Assembly (NCBI RefSeq): GCF_009914755.1
Contig: NC_060926.1
Source: the human T2T-CHM13v2.0 reference genome, Homo sapiens
Reading direction: 5' to 3' (one strand)
DNA: 64,000 nt
Shown: in pieces, positions 28,958 to 42,814 of the stretch
Layout of the letters: each line of letters starts with the position of its first letter
How positions within the stretch are numbered: the stretch's first letter is position 1
The notes under the pieces: generated by a model
The model's input: the letters and a program-made list of their open reading frames with translations, nothing else
Told to the model about the DNA's origin: nothing
The model's database searches: none
Position numbers and translations under genes: made by a program

Positions 28958-29870
28958 TGGCCGATTCTTATTACTCACGGTAGTTATGTTCTCTAAAGTC
29001 ACCACAAACATGGAATTAGCAAATACTGGCCATCGCTTTCAGGGAAAACACAGGGTTAGTCCCCGTGAGCCCATGGCCACAACACTTGTATCCACTGATC
29101 GATAAGTCACCCTGTTTTATGTGTGTTTCTGTTTAAAGACACCTTACTGAATATATATTTCTTAAAAATAATTAATAATAGATAATAAAACATGAGTTGA
29201 GAAGGGTTTAGCATTTTCCTGACCCTGAGTAATATGATCATAAATTTATTGGGCTTTCAGCCTCACAACAGTGCTTTTGTCCCTACCGTTTATTTTCAAC
29301 CAGTCCTCATCTCATGAATCCACACATTTAGCCCTTCCTATCTTTTCCATAGCTTCATCCCACACTAGCAATGCTAATACAGTACTTTCCAGGGCCACCT
29401 CATGTACAGATTGGCAAATTTCTGCTTCCACTTCCTTGATGTACCGTGTTGTCGATTCATGAATGGTGTCTCTGGCACCAAGGGCACTGCAGCCCTGCCT
29501 GCGCACAGCTTGCCTAACAATGCATGTTCCCTGTGGGCGCCTTGCCTTGCACTTAGGAACACCTGGGAGCTTGTCAGTATGACACTCAGGGGCCATTTAA
29601 AGCAGTGGAATCACCAAAAAAGCACAAAAATGCAACAACAACAACAAAAATGGCACTGCCAAAAGGACACGTTTTCAGTATTGAGGGCCATCAAAGAAGG
29701 CAGAGTGCTGCCTGCCCGATCTCGGGGGGAACAACGCGCACGCTGGGGGTGACCCAAAGTTCTTGCTGCTTTTGGTGCATGGGAGAATAACCTCAAAAGC
29801 ACCTCAGGTGTTGATTTTAGAGAGAAGGTGAATTCGTAAATATGTGATCCCAACTAAAAAGGGCCAACTG
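28958..29870 (-). mobile_element. Tigger6/MER82-type DNA transposon with a decayed transposase N-terminus
   Basis: gattcttattactcacggtagttatgttct end, caactgTA end; minus-strand peptide IHESTTRYIKEVEAEICQSVHE..WDEAMEKI resembles the CENP-B/Tigger HTH. Confidence 0.8.
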
Positions 29871-31919
29871 TAATTAAAAACCAGCAAATCAGGTTTTCGT
29901 TGATGTCATTTTGATTACATTTCTGATCTCCTAGATAAATCATGTGGCTCTAAAATCACTAAATTGCCATTTTCTGAACACGGGGCTGCTGTGCAGCCTG
30001 ACTGCTGTGTTCTTCACTAGGGAGTTATAATCCACAAAATTTAATGACATTAAATATGCTTTATGTTAGAGAGCAGTAATTTCCAATCAAAATCATTATG
30101 GCTTGGTTTTGTTTTTCTGTGTGGAATTTCATGGACAAAGCACTGAATGGAAGCACGTGTGCTGAAATCCAAGTGCAGCCCTGGTGACAGAGAGGGAGGC
30201 CTCTGGCATGAAGGGCAAGGTTACTTTTAGGGGAGTTTCACACTTGGGGGGATTGTATTTCACTTCCCTTGGCTTGAACCCCACCCAGCACCTGGGAAAA
30301 TAGACGCCCCCTCTCAACCCCCTTGCCCCCCCAGGCAGCTCTGCCTGCCAGCACTGCTTCAGAGAGAGGTTTAACTTAGTTAACAGAAAACGGCATCAAT
30401 AAACATCAGCTCTGTGAAGCTCTCACCCAACTCCAGGGCCCCAGGCTCAAGCTGAACACACCCTCTGTCTTGGCAGAGCTCCCTGCCTTGGTGGCTCTCC
30501 CACGTGGCTCTCTGGAAACCTCTGCCATCCCCTGAGAGGTAGGGAGACTTCATGGCCCCAGCCGTTCTCTGTTCTGCCTCCAGCTGGGGTCACCACTCCC
30601 ATTGCTAGGGAGCACCTGCTCCCCACGGTACCTCGATGGGGCTGGCATGAGGCTGGGTGGAGGAGTGGGGTGGCGGGTGGAGGCGGTGAGCAGGCAAAAC
30701 CTTCTCCTCTTTAGTCTTTCTTCCCAAGACTTCTTCCATTGTCTGCATTAAGGATGGCCCTTGGCAAGATGGGCAAACTTCAGCAAGCACTATGAGTATA
30801 AAAAGGAAGAAATGTATGAACAAAAGGGTGCGTATTGATCCTACATTAATAGCCACAGGATTAACGGCAACCCTAGTTGATGGGGTTTGAGAAAGAGGGG
30901 TTTTGCCAGGTTATTTGCTCCAACCTGGTGGGCAAGGACTGGACATTTACATGGGGTCTGCCTTCCACTAACCAAGGGATGTGCAGAAGAAACATCCTTA
31001 TAAAAAGGGAAAAATATTATGTAGCCTGCCCAGTGCCACAGTCTAACAAGAAAGCATAAGAGATGCTCTGAAAACTCAAGCTACTGCATTAATGTGATGG
31101 CTTATTACTGTCAAACAGCATTCTATGCAGGAAAGCCAGGCATGAGTCTTCCAAATTCTTGATTGCTTTTTAATAGCAATCGCAGTGTTCTCCCCTTTAA
31201 CAGTTGACATTGGCACACATGAACGATCATAATATATAAGAACAAATATTATAAGAAAAGCCACAAAGAGATTTAGCAACTGTGTTTCTGTGCCTATTAA
31301 AACAGCGTTAGCATGTGGTTCCTCTGGCCCTCATAGACACCAAAGCATTATGAAGGCAACACTCGTGTTGCTAGGAAGATGATCTGTTCCAGGAATAACA
31401 AGGCAAATTAGTTTGACACATTGGTACATGTTGGGAATGTAATTTAAGCAACTTCACATGTGTTGGGCCGCTGGGTAGATCATTACTCTTCACTCTTCCT
31501 TCTGGGGCAAGAAGAGCAAAGTCTTCCTAAGCCATGCTATGTGGGTTGCTGTTGTGGCTGGACATGGCCATGGGACCAGGTACCTCCGGGGAAGCTGCCC
31601 AGTGCAAAATGGTCATGAGTGGGCCAGTGTAAGGAGGGACCACCCGTTCTGGAAGAAAGACGTTGTGCTGGTCCCATAGAATCTGAGAACAGGGCTAATA
31701 TGTCTACCTGCATCAGGGCTCTCGCTCAGCTTTGGGGATCTTTTAACTCCAAATTTTATAAAGACCCCCAAATAATTAACTTTATGGTAATTGATTCACT
31801 AAAAAAATGAACTAAATATATGCATTTAAATATCTGCTTAGATACACTGTGCAATATACACAGGTATCTACGTATGCCTGCATATATATGGGTTGCAGAT
31901 GTACATACATGGGATGCGT

Positions 31920-32072
31920 CTCAATTCACTTGCTGGTTGTCTGCTTCCATCCTCGGGATGCATTTCTACACAGAAAGGACCTCGTTTGTCCTGTTCACTT
32001 CCAAAGCCCAGGGCACAGAACAGTGCCTGGCACATGGTGATGATCAACGTGTATTTGATGAATCAAGGAATG
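31920..32072 (+). mobile_element. L2 3' end
   Basis: tgtcctgttcact..agaacagtgcctggcacatggt..tatttgatgaat. Confidence 0.8.
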
Positions 32073-33863
32073 CACAGATGGGCGACAGTCTTGGAGTTGA
32101 CTCGGGTTCCCCCAGGACTGTGGTGGCATATGCACCACTTCGCAAACATGTTTCTTTTCTTCTCTGCCTCTATTAGCCAGTGCAGGAGAGTCCTCATCCC
32201 CGTCACATTTAGGGCCTTTCCCAGGACGGCTCCCAGGGCTCTCCAGCAGGTCTGGCTGGCACCTCATGACATCAGCCTCCTCTGGGGCGTGCTGCTGTCC
32301 CTGTGGGTGTGCCCGAGCCCACTGGTCCTTGCTGGTGTTTCTCCGATGACTGCAGTGCCCTCTGGGCCTGGCCTTCTCTGCCAAGCACAGGTGCAGTGAA
32401 CAGACCCAGGGTTGCTGGGCTCCAGGGTCTCACACAGACCCTGCCTTTGTGCCTGCTCTCTCCTGGGGTACCAGGCCACCTCTGCCAAAGCACTGGGCGG
32501 TGAGGTTTTCCACAAAGTGCAGGCAATGCCTCTTCCTACATTTCGTGTTAAGAGTCTCTGCGTTCAGCAGCATCTTCCACATTCTCCCATGTCCTCACGG
32601 CACTTCTGTTTCTCCCATATGAATCCCTGGGGCTCAGACCAGGAGATTCAGTAAGTCCAAGGATGTCCTATGGTGTAGCCCATTCCCCCTGCCACTAAAG
32701 CAGATGCCTGCTGTGCCCACTCACTCTTCCCTTATAGTGAGCTCCTGGCCATCGTGCCCCCGGCAAACACAGGTGTGGGCGGCCGGCCTCGTGGGTCATC
32801 AGGAGAGCTCAGGCAGGGCTGGCACCTCTGTGGAGGCCCAGCAGGAGCTGCGGCTGGTGACCACACCCCTTGTGTAACACAGGCGTGCGGGCTCCTGCTG
32901 AGAGGTGAGTCCAGGTACCAAAACAGGGCTGCCCGGCAGGGGGCCTAGGAGACCCTGGCGCTGCTGTCTAGGGTGAGTTAAAGGCACCCTCCATGACCCT
33001 CTTCTGACACACAGGCACACCTAAGATGGAAGCTTCGCTCCCTGCACGGTGTGTGGCCATCAGTGACCTCCTGGATCATGCAGTCATTGCTGGGCCACCC
33101 TTCCCTCCTGGGCCTCCAGGCTCCTCCAAGCCTGCCTCTCAGCTCCTCCCATGGGAGAAGCTCAAACGTCCAGATGCAGGCCCCTGCCTCTAGCACAGTC
33201 TTCTCTTCTAGCTCTGGATTCCTCAGCATCGGAGCGTGGAGTCTCCATACACCTGCCACCAGGTTCCCATTCCGTTGTGTTGGAGTCTGGGGCTTTGGCT
33301 GAACAAGGTCTGCTGTGAGGATCTCTGGAGTCTTATTTTTCTTGTGGTCTTGCCCCATGTCCCGTGATGCATGGCCTGGGTCTAGGCCTGCCCTCCCTGG
33401 CCCTCTCTGGGGAGGGGCTGGTCCTCGTCACCGTCTGGCCAGGCCTGCACGGCACCTGACAGTGATTCCTCAAGTCCCCTGGCCTGTGGAGGACAACCTT
33501 CAAGCCACCGGCATCGAATCCCAGTCTCGCGATGTTTCTTTGGCATTTGTTGTGGGAGTTGGTGGTAGAGGAGGTTCAGTGCATGGACTCAGATCACTAT
33601 TCATACATAAAAATTCAATCGAACTAGGGTTTAGTTTACTAGATAAATAATTATTTAAGAAAACGACAAAGACTGTGGTCCTGCCTTTCATTCTCTCCCT
33701 TCCCTGGCCCTCCCTCCTTCCTTTCTCCCTTCTTTCCTCTTTTTCATTAATTGTTTATCTGCCATGTCTAAAAAAGCCTAAACGACAATGGCTTCTTCTG
33801 CCACCTCGGAACTCCATTTGTGGTGGCTGGCTCAGGGCACTGTGAACAGAACTAAACCTCTGA

Positions 33864-34149
33864 GGTCAGGTGTGGTGGCTCGCACCTGTAATTCCAGCAC
33901 TTTGGGAGGCTGAGGCAGGCGGATCATGAGGTCAGGAGTTCGAGACCAGCCCGGCCAACATGGTGAAACCCCATCTCTACTAAAAATACAAAAATTAGCC
34001 AAGTGTGATGGCGTGCACCTGTAATCCCAGGTACTGGAGAGGCTGAGGGAGGAGAATGGCTTGAACGCAGGAGGGAGGTTGCAGTGAGCCGAGATCCTGC
34101 CACTGCACTCCAGCCTGGGGGGCAGAGCGACACTCCATCTCAAAAAAAA
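33864..34149 (+). mobile_element. AluSg-like
   Basis: TSD agaactaaac(c)tctg at 33848-33862 and 34151-34164. Confidence 0.95.
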
Positions 34150-36335
34150 TAGAACTAAACTCTGCCACGGGGGCAGGCTTCTCCACCTCTGCTCCTCGCT
34201 GAGCAGAAGGTAACCACTGGGCCCTCAGGGCTGGTCACTGAGGGCATGACATTCACAGTAAGGACCACTTTGATGTTAGGACCTGAAGGTGACTTGACCG
34301 ACCTGGGTCTTTCCCACAGGAGTGCTTCTGGATCTTGCATTCTGCGGGTAGAGAGGGTGCGTTGAGTGGGATGGGAGGATTCCAGGAGAGCCCTGCATTT
34401 GGGTGTGAGTGCCAGGGAAGGGGGGCTGGAGCCAGAGTTTCTTTATGAGATGGTGAAGACTGGAGAGCGTAGAGACCACAGGTCACACGTGGGCACCAGG
34501 CTTGTTAGGTGTGCAGTCATAGAGGCTGTGCTTGTGGGTTGATAAAGGGAGAATCCCGATGGGTGCCAGGTGATACCCAAGTTCTTCATCCAGGGCAGGG
34601 ACCAACAGCAGCACTGTCCTGGCAGATGGGACCGGGAAGGGCCTTGGGAAGAGCTAAACTCACCTCCTGATGGCACACAGGGCCAGGCCTGGGTGTGTGG
34701 CTCTCTGGACAGAGACAGCCACGTGTCCTGGAGGGGTGACGGGGCATCTTGGAAGGCTCCAGACCCAGCTCTCGGGCTTCAGTGTGCTCCAGAGTCACCC
34801 AGGTGAGCACTCAAAGGAGAGCAGCAAAGATGCCAACTCAGGAGAGCCACTGCTTCCCAGGCAGCCCTGACTCAGGAAGGTGAGCAGTGAGGACAGGTGC
34901 GTCCCAGAGGCTACCCCGGCAGCACCCTGCTGGGAGCACCGCATGCCTGGTGTAACTTTGGTCATGACTGAGAATAGCATCGGTCCCTCCTCAGGGAGCT
35001 CATGCTGATCACAAGCGTCAGGCTTTTGGCACGAGCTCCACTTCCTACGCTCCTCTTTCCCACCCGGCTCTTTACATTAGATCAGCTGATAAGAGAATGT
35101 CTAATCATAACATCTCACGAGGAGGAAAAGGGATGTCAAAAGTCAAATAACCTGACCTCCTGGAGCATCAATAAGGCAAGAAATGACTTTTCCTGAAAGC
35201 TGGGTCCCCCGGGAATGCCGAATTCCAGACCTAGAGTCAGAGCTGAAACCCAGCCCATCCATCAGCTCAGACCCTCACCACCCCGTGGAGGGTGGAGTTG
35301 CTCACCCTGGGACTTGGGGGCCCACACTGCAGCTGAGAAGTAACCCAGCACCCAAGGACGGCAGCCTGTGGGGCAAATCAATCATGAAAACTTTCAGGAA
35401 ATGCATGACCTGATTTATTCATGGGAGGTAGATGCCAAGAGGGAAATTAAAGCATTGTAGACCCAGATAAATTTCCATCTTGGAAAAAAATCTCTTGAGT
35501 AATGTAATGGCTGTGTCTGGGCTAAATTCTAGGTTTTTTCCCTAAATTATACGGCCAGTTCTACTGGACACCTACCATACAGGGCCACAAGGATTGGTTG
35601 TCAACAAAGCAGGGACCAGGAGGCTTGTCTCAGCTCTTTGTGGGAAGGTGTTTTGTGGTTTAGAGGCGGGAAGTTGTGGTATTGAAATTGGCTGGACATT
35701 GAGAATAAAATGTATGTATAGAGAGAGTAATGTGCAAATGTGAGCGTGCAGGGCAGGTGGCCCCGAGGGATGGAAGGTGAGGACACGGCAGGCCTGAGGA
35801 GTGGGCCACGTGTGGGTGACCCTGGTGTTCCTGCTGGGCATCTTGGAGGTGTCCAGGTGGCCATGGTCAGTGCTCACATGGAGCAGCCAAGGGCACTGGA
35901 TAGATATGGTGTCTGCACTCAGGCAGCATGGGGTGCAGAATGAACCCACGTGTTGGTCACACACATAACTTAACCCTGCGATTCCCCTGTCAGGCTGGAA
36001 GACATTTCTCCGGCATTGCCCCATGTGGGAAGAGAATTAAGAACAGAGAAACCAGGTGAGTTTGTGGACTTTTTGGTTTCAATTTAAAAAAAAAAAAAGA
36101 ACAAGGCGGGGAGTGGCTTGGATGTGCAGCCAAATTCTTTGCAGAAAACAGCAGTGGACGCCTCATCTGTTCCGTGAGTGTCCAGACAAGCACCACTCAT
36201 AACGAGCAGGGCGGCAGAAGCAGCCAGCTGAGAGAGACATTAGAGAGGCAGAAACTTGTTTTAGGGCCCGCACTCTACCAGACCTCATCTGGCTGAGTAC
36301 CAGGGGTGGTGGGCAGCAGTAAGAATCCACCTACG

Positions 36336-36604
<269 letters not shown>

Positions 36605-37059
36605 CTACTTCAGCAGATCCTGCCTGCCGTGATCCCATGCCTTTCTTCCCAAGGGGTGCCAGGGCAGCAGAAGGTCTTGGAGAGAAGCCAGGTATGCAAT
36701 GTGGCACCAGAATGGCAGAGAAGCAGTGGGCATGGAGTCCTTGCAGATGTACCTGTGGGGACTCTCAGAAGCCCCTGGACACTCAGGGGTGCAAATGGGT
36801 CCCACTGGGGCCAAAAAGGGCATGGAGGTCATCTGAGGAGGAGCAGCTGGCAAACCTGTACTGTCTGGGAGGAAGGTGTCCCCCACCCCCAGGAGCTGGA
36901 TTAGAAGTGGTGACAGGGTACACCGCAGCTGCTGTCAGCTCTGGGAGATAGTGAAGTCTCAGGCCAGCCTGGATGGTCATATTTCAGCGGGTGACAGCAA
37001 GTGACCGTGGCTGAGGAGACAACAGGACACATGGAAGCTGCATGCACAGATATTGACTA

Positions 37060-38130
37060 AGAGTCAAACATTGGCTTCTGATGCCATGATGGGGTCAGGT
37101 GTGCACTGAACCCAGGTGTGACCCTGGAAGAAGAGCTCTGGAAGTGGGGGGAGGGAAGGTCCTGAATTGGACTGAGTTTAATCCTGAAAATACTAATAAA
37201 TCACCAGATCTGGCTGAGTTTACTTGGAAGAGACTAGATTAAGTTCTCAATCGTCAGGCGGTAATGGATGCTCAAAATACAAAGTCGGGATATGGGGAAA
37301 TGTTTGTGTACCTGAGTTAGTGACTTGTGAAATTAGAATCCGCTACAAGTAAGTGTTGAATCCAGCGAGTGAAGTTTCCTGACGCAGGATCATGGGATGT
37401 TGAGCATCTGTCACCTCTGGCGCTGTGCTCAGCACCGTCCTGGCATCCATCAGCACACTCAGTCTCCACAAAGCTCTCCATTTAGAGACAAGGAACATGG
37501 TACGTGGAGAGTTAGGTGACTTAGCTAAGGTCACCCAGACAGTCAGGGTGACTTGATTCAAACCAGGTCTGCCTGACCACTGTGCCTGGGGATTCAGCCT
37601 CTGGTTGTGTTGGGTGGAGAGAGGGGAGAGGAGAGACTGAAGATGGGATCCCTGCACATCCCAGAACTTGAGAGAGATGGCAGAGGAAGGAACAGCCAGG
37701 GGGATGTAGAAGAGACAGAATTCAGAGACGACCTGGGAAAGAAAGATTCTGAGAAGGTGAGGGAGAAAGTAGGAAGGAAGGAGAGATGACCTCTGTCTCT
37801 TTCTCCAGAGATGCCACATAAGCCATGGTGCTCACTGGATTTGGCGATTAGGACTTCACTGGTGACCACAGCAAGAGTGTTGGAGGTAGAGCAGGGTCCA
37901 AAGAGAGATTGTGGTGGGCTAGAACATGAATGCAGCTGAGTAGGCTCAGATGGTGTAGAGATGGCTTTCTAATGAACCTCTTCAGGAAATCAGATAGATG
38001 GGGTCAACACTGTGTTTTATTACAATATTAGCAGATATTGATTATACTTATTTGTTTAGGCAAAGAAGTCAATAGACAGAGACAGACTAAAGATAAAGGG
38101 GAAAGTGCATTGCTGAGGAAGCCAGGAAGG
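37060..38130 (-). mobile_element. L2 fragments with a nested MIR (37395-37600)
   Basis: cactggatttggcgattaggacttcactggtgacc (L2); agttaggtgacttagctaaggtcacccag (MIR core). Confidence 0.7.
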
Positions 38131-38142
38131 AGAAGGGACCAG

Positions 38143-38661
38143 CTGCCAGCCTTTTATATGGCCCCATGAGCCTCTCCTCCTGCTTTTCATACCTTGGTGT
38201 TGTTCTCTCCAACACTGAATAGGGCTGCATGTAGCCTAAAGGACATCAGGGAACTGATGAAGTGTCACTTCTAGGCCAGGCTATATGAGACATTGTGACT
38301 TATACTTTGCTCTCTCTCTGGGGGAAGCCAGCCGCCATGTTGTGAGGATGCTCAAGTAGCTCTGCAGCAAGGTTCATTGTGGAGAAACTGAGGCCTCCTG
38401 CCAACAGCCAGGGAAAAATAGGCTTCTATACCAGCCATGAGAGTAAGACAGATGGGAAGTCAGTTGCTCAGCCCCAGCCAAGCCTTCAGATGACTTCAAC
38501 CCCAGCTGACATCTTGACTAAAACCTTGTGAGGGACTCTGAGCCAGAACCCCCAGCTGAGCTGTTTTGGAATTCCTGGGCTTTGTGAGATAATACATGTT
38601 TATTGCAGTTCTGTGCCACTAAGTTTTGGAGTAGTGGGCTATTCAGCAAACAATGCAATGT
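38143..38661 (+). mobile_element. MaLR solo LTR MLT1F-like
   Basis: ctgggggaagccagccgccatgttgtgagg; cccagccaagccttcagatgac; gccactaagttttgg. Confidence 0.85.
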
Positions 38662-39070
38662 AGGCAAAGGTAGATATGATTCTAGAGGTGGAAATGCTGG
38701 GGAAGTTGAGGCTATTTCTGCTTGGTGATTCCACTGTTCCTGTGAAGGGAAAGGCAAGGTCATCCACTGGATGTCAGATGATGGAGGTGGAAGAGGAAGG
38801 CTTGGAGGTCATGGAGAAGGTTCCACACCCCTTAGGAGGAAGAAGGAAAGAGGAGGAAGAAGGCCAAACCCTCTCTGTGTGTCACTGTTTAGACCTAATA
38901 ATGGGAAAGATGCAAATGATGTTCATAGCACTGCTCCTTGTCTAAGAAGACAGAAATATTATCTGATCATTTTGGGGTTCAAGAGACAAGTCACAGGATA
39001 GAATTCTGCAGTTCATCCAGGCCATTTTAGGGAAGAGGGGAGGGGGAGGCTGCAGCAGGACACAAGATGA

Positions 39071-39470
<400 letters not shown>

Positions 39471-42400
39471 CTTTTTCTCTTTTTCTTTGTATCTTAGGAT
39501 TCTTTATTTTTCTTTCTTAAAGATAGAAGATCCTTCAATGTGTTAATTAGTTTAGGAAAATAAGTCAGTATACAGGAAGAAACTTAAGATAAAAGAAAAA
39601 ATAGTGTGTACTTTGAACAAAGTGTAGGTGCCATGAAAGCCTCCTTATCTTTCACATGGGGTCATTGATCCAGTAATTCCCTGTCTCCCACGTGTGGCCT
39701 CTGTGCGGGGTGCTGGGTGTGGGGAAGTGAGCTACACACAGAGCTCTCTGCCCGACTTCTGGGTCTAATGGGGGCGGCAAGCACGCATGCACACAGAGGG
39801 ATCCCTGCAGTTTGTGAGGAGTGCCACGGAAGAAACGAACTGGGTATAGAGCCAGAGTAAGCACAGGACACCTGGCCAAGACGGAGCCCTGGGCGAGCCT
39901 CAGAGCTGGCCCTGATGAGCCAGGGGCCCTGGAGGCAGCGCGGTGACCGTCCTGCTGACCGCCCTGCTGACCACCCCTCCAGACGCGGATTCTCACTCAT
40001 GGAGAACTGTAGGCTCTGGCCACCTCCTGCACAGGACAAAGGGAAACTTTTGGGCCTCTTCACTCTCGTCTCCCAGAGAGTAGAAAAAAAAATACCCTTT
40101 GATAAACTTCCATAGAACAAAAACAACGAACAACCAAGCAAAATCCTTGTGTTGTGAGCATTTACATCCTGAGCCGCCCGTGGGCTTCTTTCAATGGCAA
40201 ATGAATTCTCAGCTTTGTCACCAGGTGCCTGTGTCCATCTGGCTGCCAGTGTCATGAAAAATAAAAATGAAAAAATGAATTCTTATCTCCCTCACGAGGG
40301 TCCCATTGTGTGCAGCAGTACCTTTCAGTGGAATTGGAATTTGTCTTCGCCCTACAACAGATTGAATAGGAAAGGAACGTTTAATCAGCTCTGTAAACAA
40401 AGACTGTCACCTTAGTTAAAAGGAAGAAAATCACTTTATCGAGGGTGAGAAGCCATTAATAAAACTGCAAATTAGAATCCAGGCTCTGATCTTTCAAATC
40501 AGGGCTCCATGCAATGGAGATTCTATAGGGATTACCTCTCCTGCCTGGGAGAGGCCCAGAAAGGCCTAAGAAAGCCCTGGAGGTGGGTGTGTGCTGGGGA
40601 GGCGAGCCTGAATCAGCACATGTTAAACATGTTCCTGAATGCTGAAGTTGATAGATGGTCATGGGATCATTTTGTTGTTGTTGTGAATAATATCATTTTG
40701 AATCACGGATCTGTCAGTAAGAAAACCTGCTTCTGCTTCATTTCGATGAAAGGGCTTTGAGAATTTCTGCACTGGGTAGGAATGGAATCCAGCCTCCTGT
40801 GTACCATTTTAATCAAAAGACACAGGAAATAAACAAGGTCATAATTACTAGAAGGATATTTTCTTCTAACCCTTTTTGTGTGTGTGTCTAAGTGGCTCAT
40901 TTCTTTCTTGAATAGCAGGAAATAAAATGACATTTTAAAATATGGACGTATCATGAGCTCTATAAATCTGGTTCCCAGGTTTTTCAAAAGTATTTGTATC
41001 CTGAAAAAAGTGTATGAGATGAAACAAAGCCCATTTGTATTTAAGGGCAGATTGGATTGTTTCTTTGAAATACCATCCAGGGAGGATGACAGCAAGTCTG
41101 GTGGCATTATTCTTGTCTTAATTATTTTTCTTTCCCCGACGGGAGAAATCTTTCTTTGAAGGTATCTTGCCTCTCTTGGATGCAATATGCAAAAGGCTGC
41201 TCTTTGGTTGTGTTTGATGAAGGAGAAAATAATTAGAAAACCAAATCTGCATGCAAGCAATTAAAAATATCAAGGGCTTATTTTCTCAAAGTGGCAATTC
41301 TCTCTAACAAAGTAAATATCATGAATCAGATATTTGGATTGAACCTACTTTCCTGCATGGAGGATATTATTTGCTTGAGTAATTAAATTTGTTTTCAAAG
41401 AGTCTACAAATGTCAATATTGACAGTCATAAGGAGATGAGGTTAGGCCGGCTGTGCCACTTATCCAGGTGGCCTTTGTTTATGTAGGACTTTTGTAACTT
41501 GATAATTAAGCCAGGCGAACCCAAGGCCTGGCTGTCCTCTTGCCAGGCCTCATGCTGTCCGGGCCACCTGGAACTCCCTTCCCAAGCCACACCTGTCTAA
41601 ATCTTGCCTCTTCTCCCAGACTCAGTTCCAATTGCACCCCAGTGATCAGATGTGGTTTACACAGTGTTGGCTACTCCTTTCTGTAATGCATTCTCTTGAT
41701 TTGGCTTTCACCTTTGTTGATATTTAAAATAATTTGTGTAAGTGGTTTATTTGCTTATAGTAGGCCCTTCTTTAGACAGAGATTAGAACAATATTCATAT
41801 ACTTTGGAATTTGTTGTTAACTCATTGATTCACCTAAATTTGTTGGGTATAGTTAAAGTGAAGATGTAATCTTATTTACTTATTTAACCAAAGAGCCAGC
41901 TCTCCGGGTGCTTTTTGGTAAACATTCCCCTGGTTTCCTGGCTGGGCTGCATTCTCTGTTGCTATCAAGGTCTTATTCATACTGAAGCCCATTTCGAATC
42001 TCTTCCATTCCAGCATCAGTCTCTCTCCACTTGAATCAGTTCTATGTGATTTTAACCACGTCGGCTCCTACTAGCTCTGTTCAGGTAGCGTTGAGTGGGA
42101 ATTCTTTCCGGAGTCTGGGAAATCACTGATTTATAGTCTCAGTTTCCGAGCTTAGGTAATTTTACAGCTTTGTGATTGAGATTCCGGGTGCATTCCCATG
42201 GGTTCAGAGGGGAGAGCAGGCTTGTGGCTGCACGCACAGCTCTTGCCTCTACCCAGAACCCCCTTTCTGGGGTCTTCCTAGTGGCTTCCTCTCCTTCTTT
42301 GAAGCCCTGGTGGGCGGCAGTGTCTGTCCTCGCACTCTTCATCTGATTTGGCACTTGTAGGGCTTTGGCAGAATCCACGTCTATACCTGATAGTACATCT

Positions 42401-42696
42401 GGGAGGTCTTCTACAGTCCATGTGGCTAAACCGTCATTTGTGACCTCCCCTCAACCCTCCCTGTGTTTCTTCTGCAGATCTTAGACTCATACCAGCTTCA
42501 GGCAGACACCTCCCTGTCAATGTCAACATAATTCCCAAATATATCCCCATGCAGGCCCTTTCTTTGCAGCCCCCTGCCAGTGCCCTAGGCCATCATCTGA
42601 TTCCTGCAATTGCTTTTGCGCCTTTTCCCGCACATCTCCCTAGTTTCAGGGCACACGTGCGGACATGCACTCTTGTGCAGCTCCCAGCTCCTGGAG

Positions 42697-42802
42697 GGAA
42701 GCCACAGTGTCAGTGGGGGAAGCCACAATGTCAGTGGGGGAAGCTTGCCATTTTCAGTGGAGGAAGCCACAGTGTCAATGGGGGAAGCTTGCCATTTTCA
42801 AT
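42697..42802. repeat. 21/23-bp tandem repeat, pattern A-A-B-A-B
   Basis: A=ggaagccacagtgtcagtggg, B=ggaagcttgccattttcagtgga. Confidence 0.9.
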
Positions 42803-42814
42803 CTATCTGCGGAA

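Noticed and set aside
34230-34660. Possible additional L2 fragments (also ~39660, 41560, 42380, 47110)
   Set aside because: Too degenerate to bound by eye; needs an HMM search
40616-40634. p53-like element gcacatgttaaacatgttc
   Set aside because: CATG cores are 5 nt apart rather than the canonical 6, so only one good half-site
39662-41260. 197-aa and 185-aa minus-strand ORFs
   Set aside because: No recognisable domain or coding-like composition
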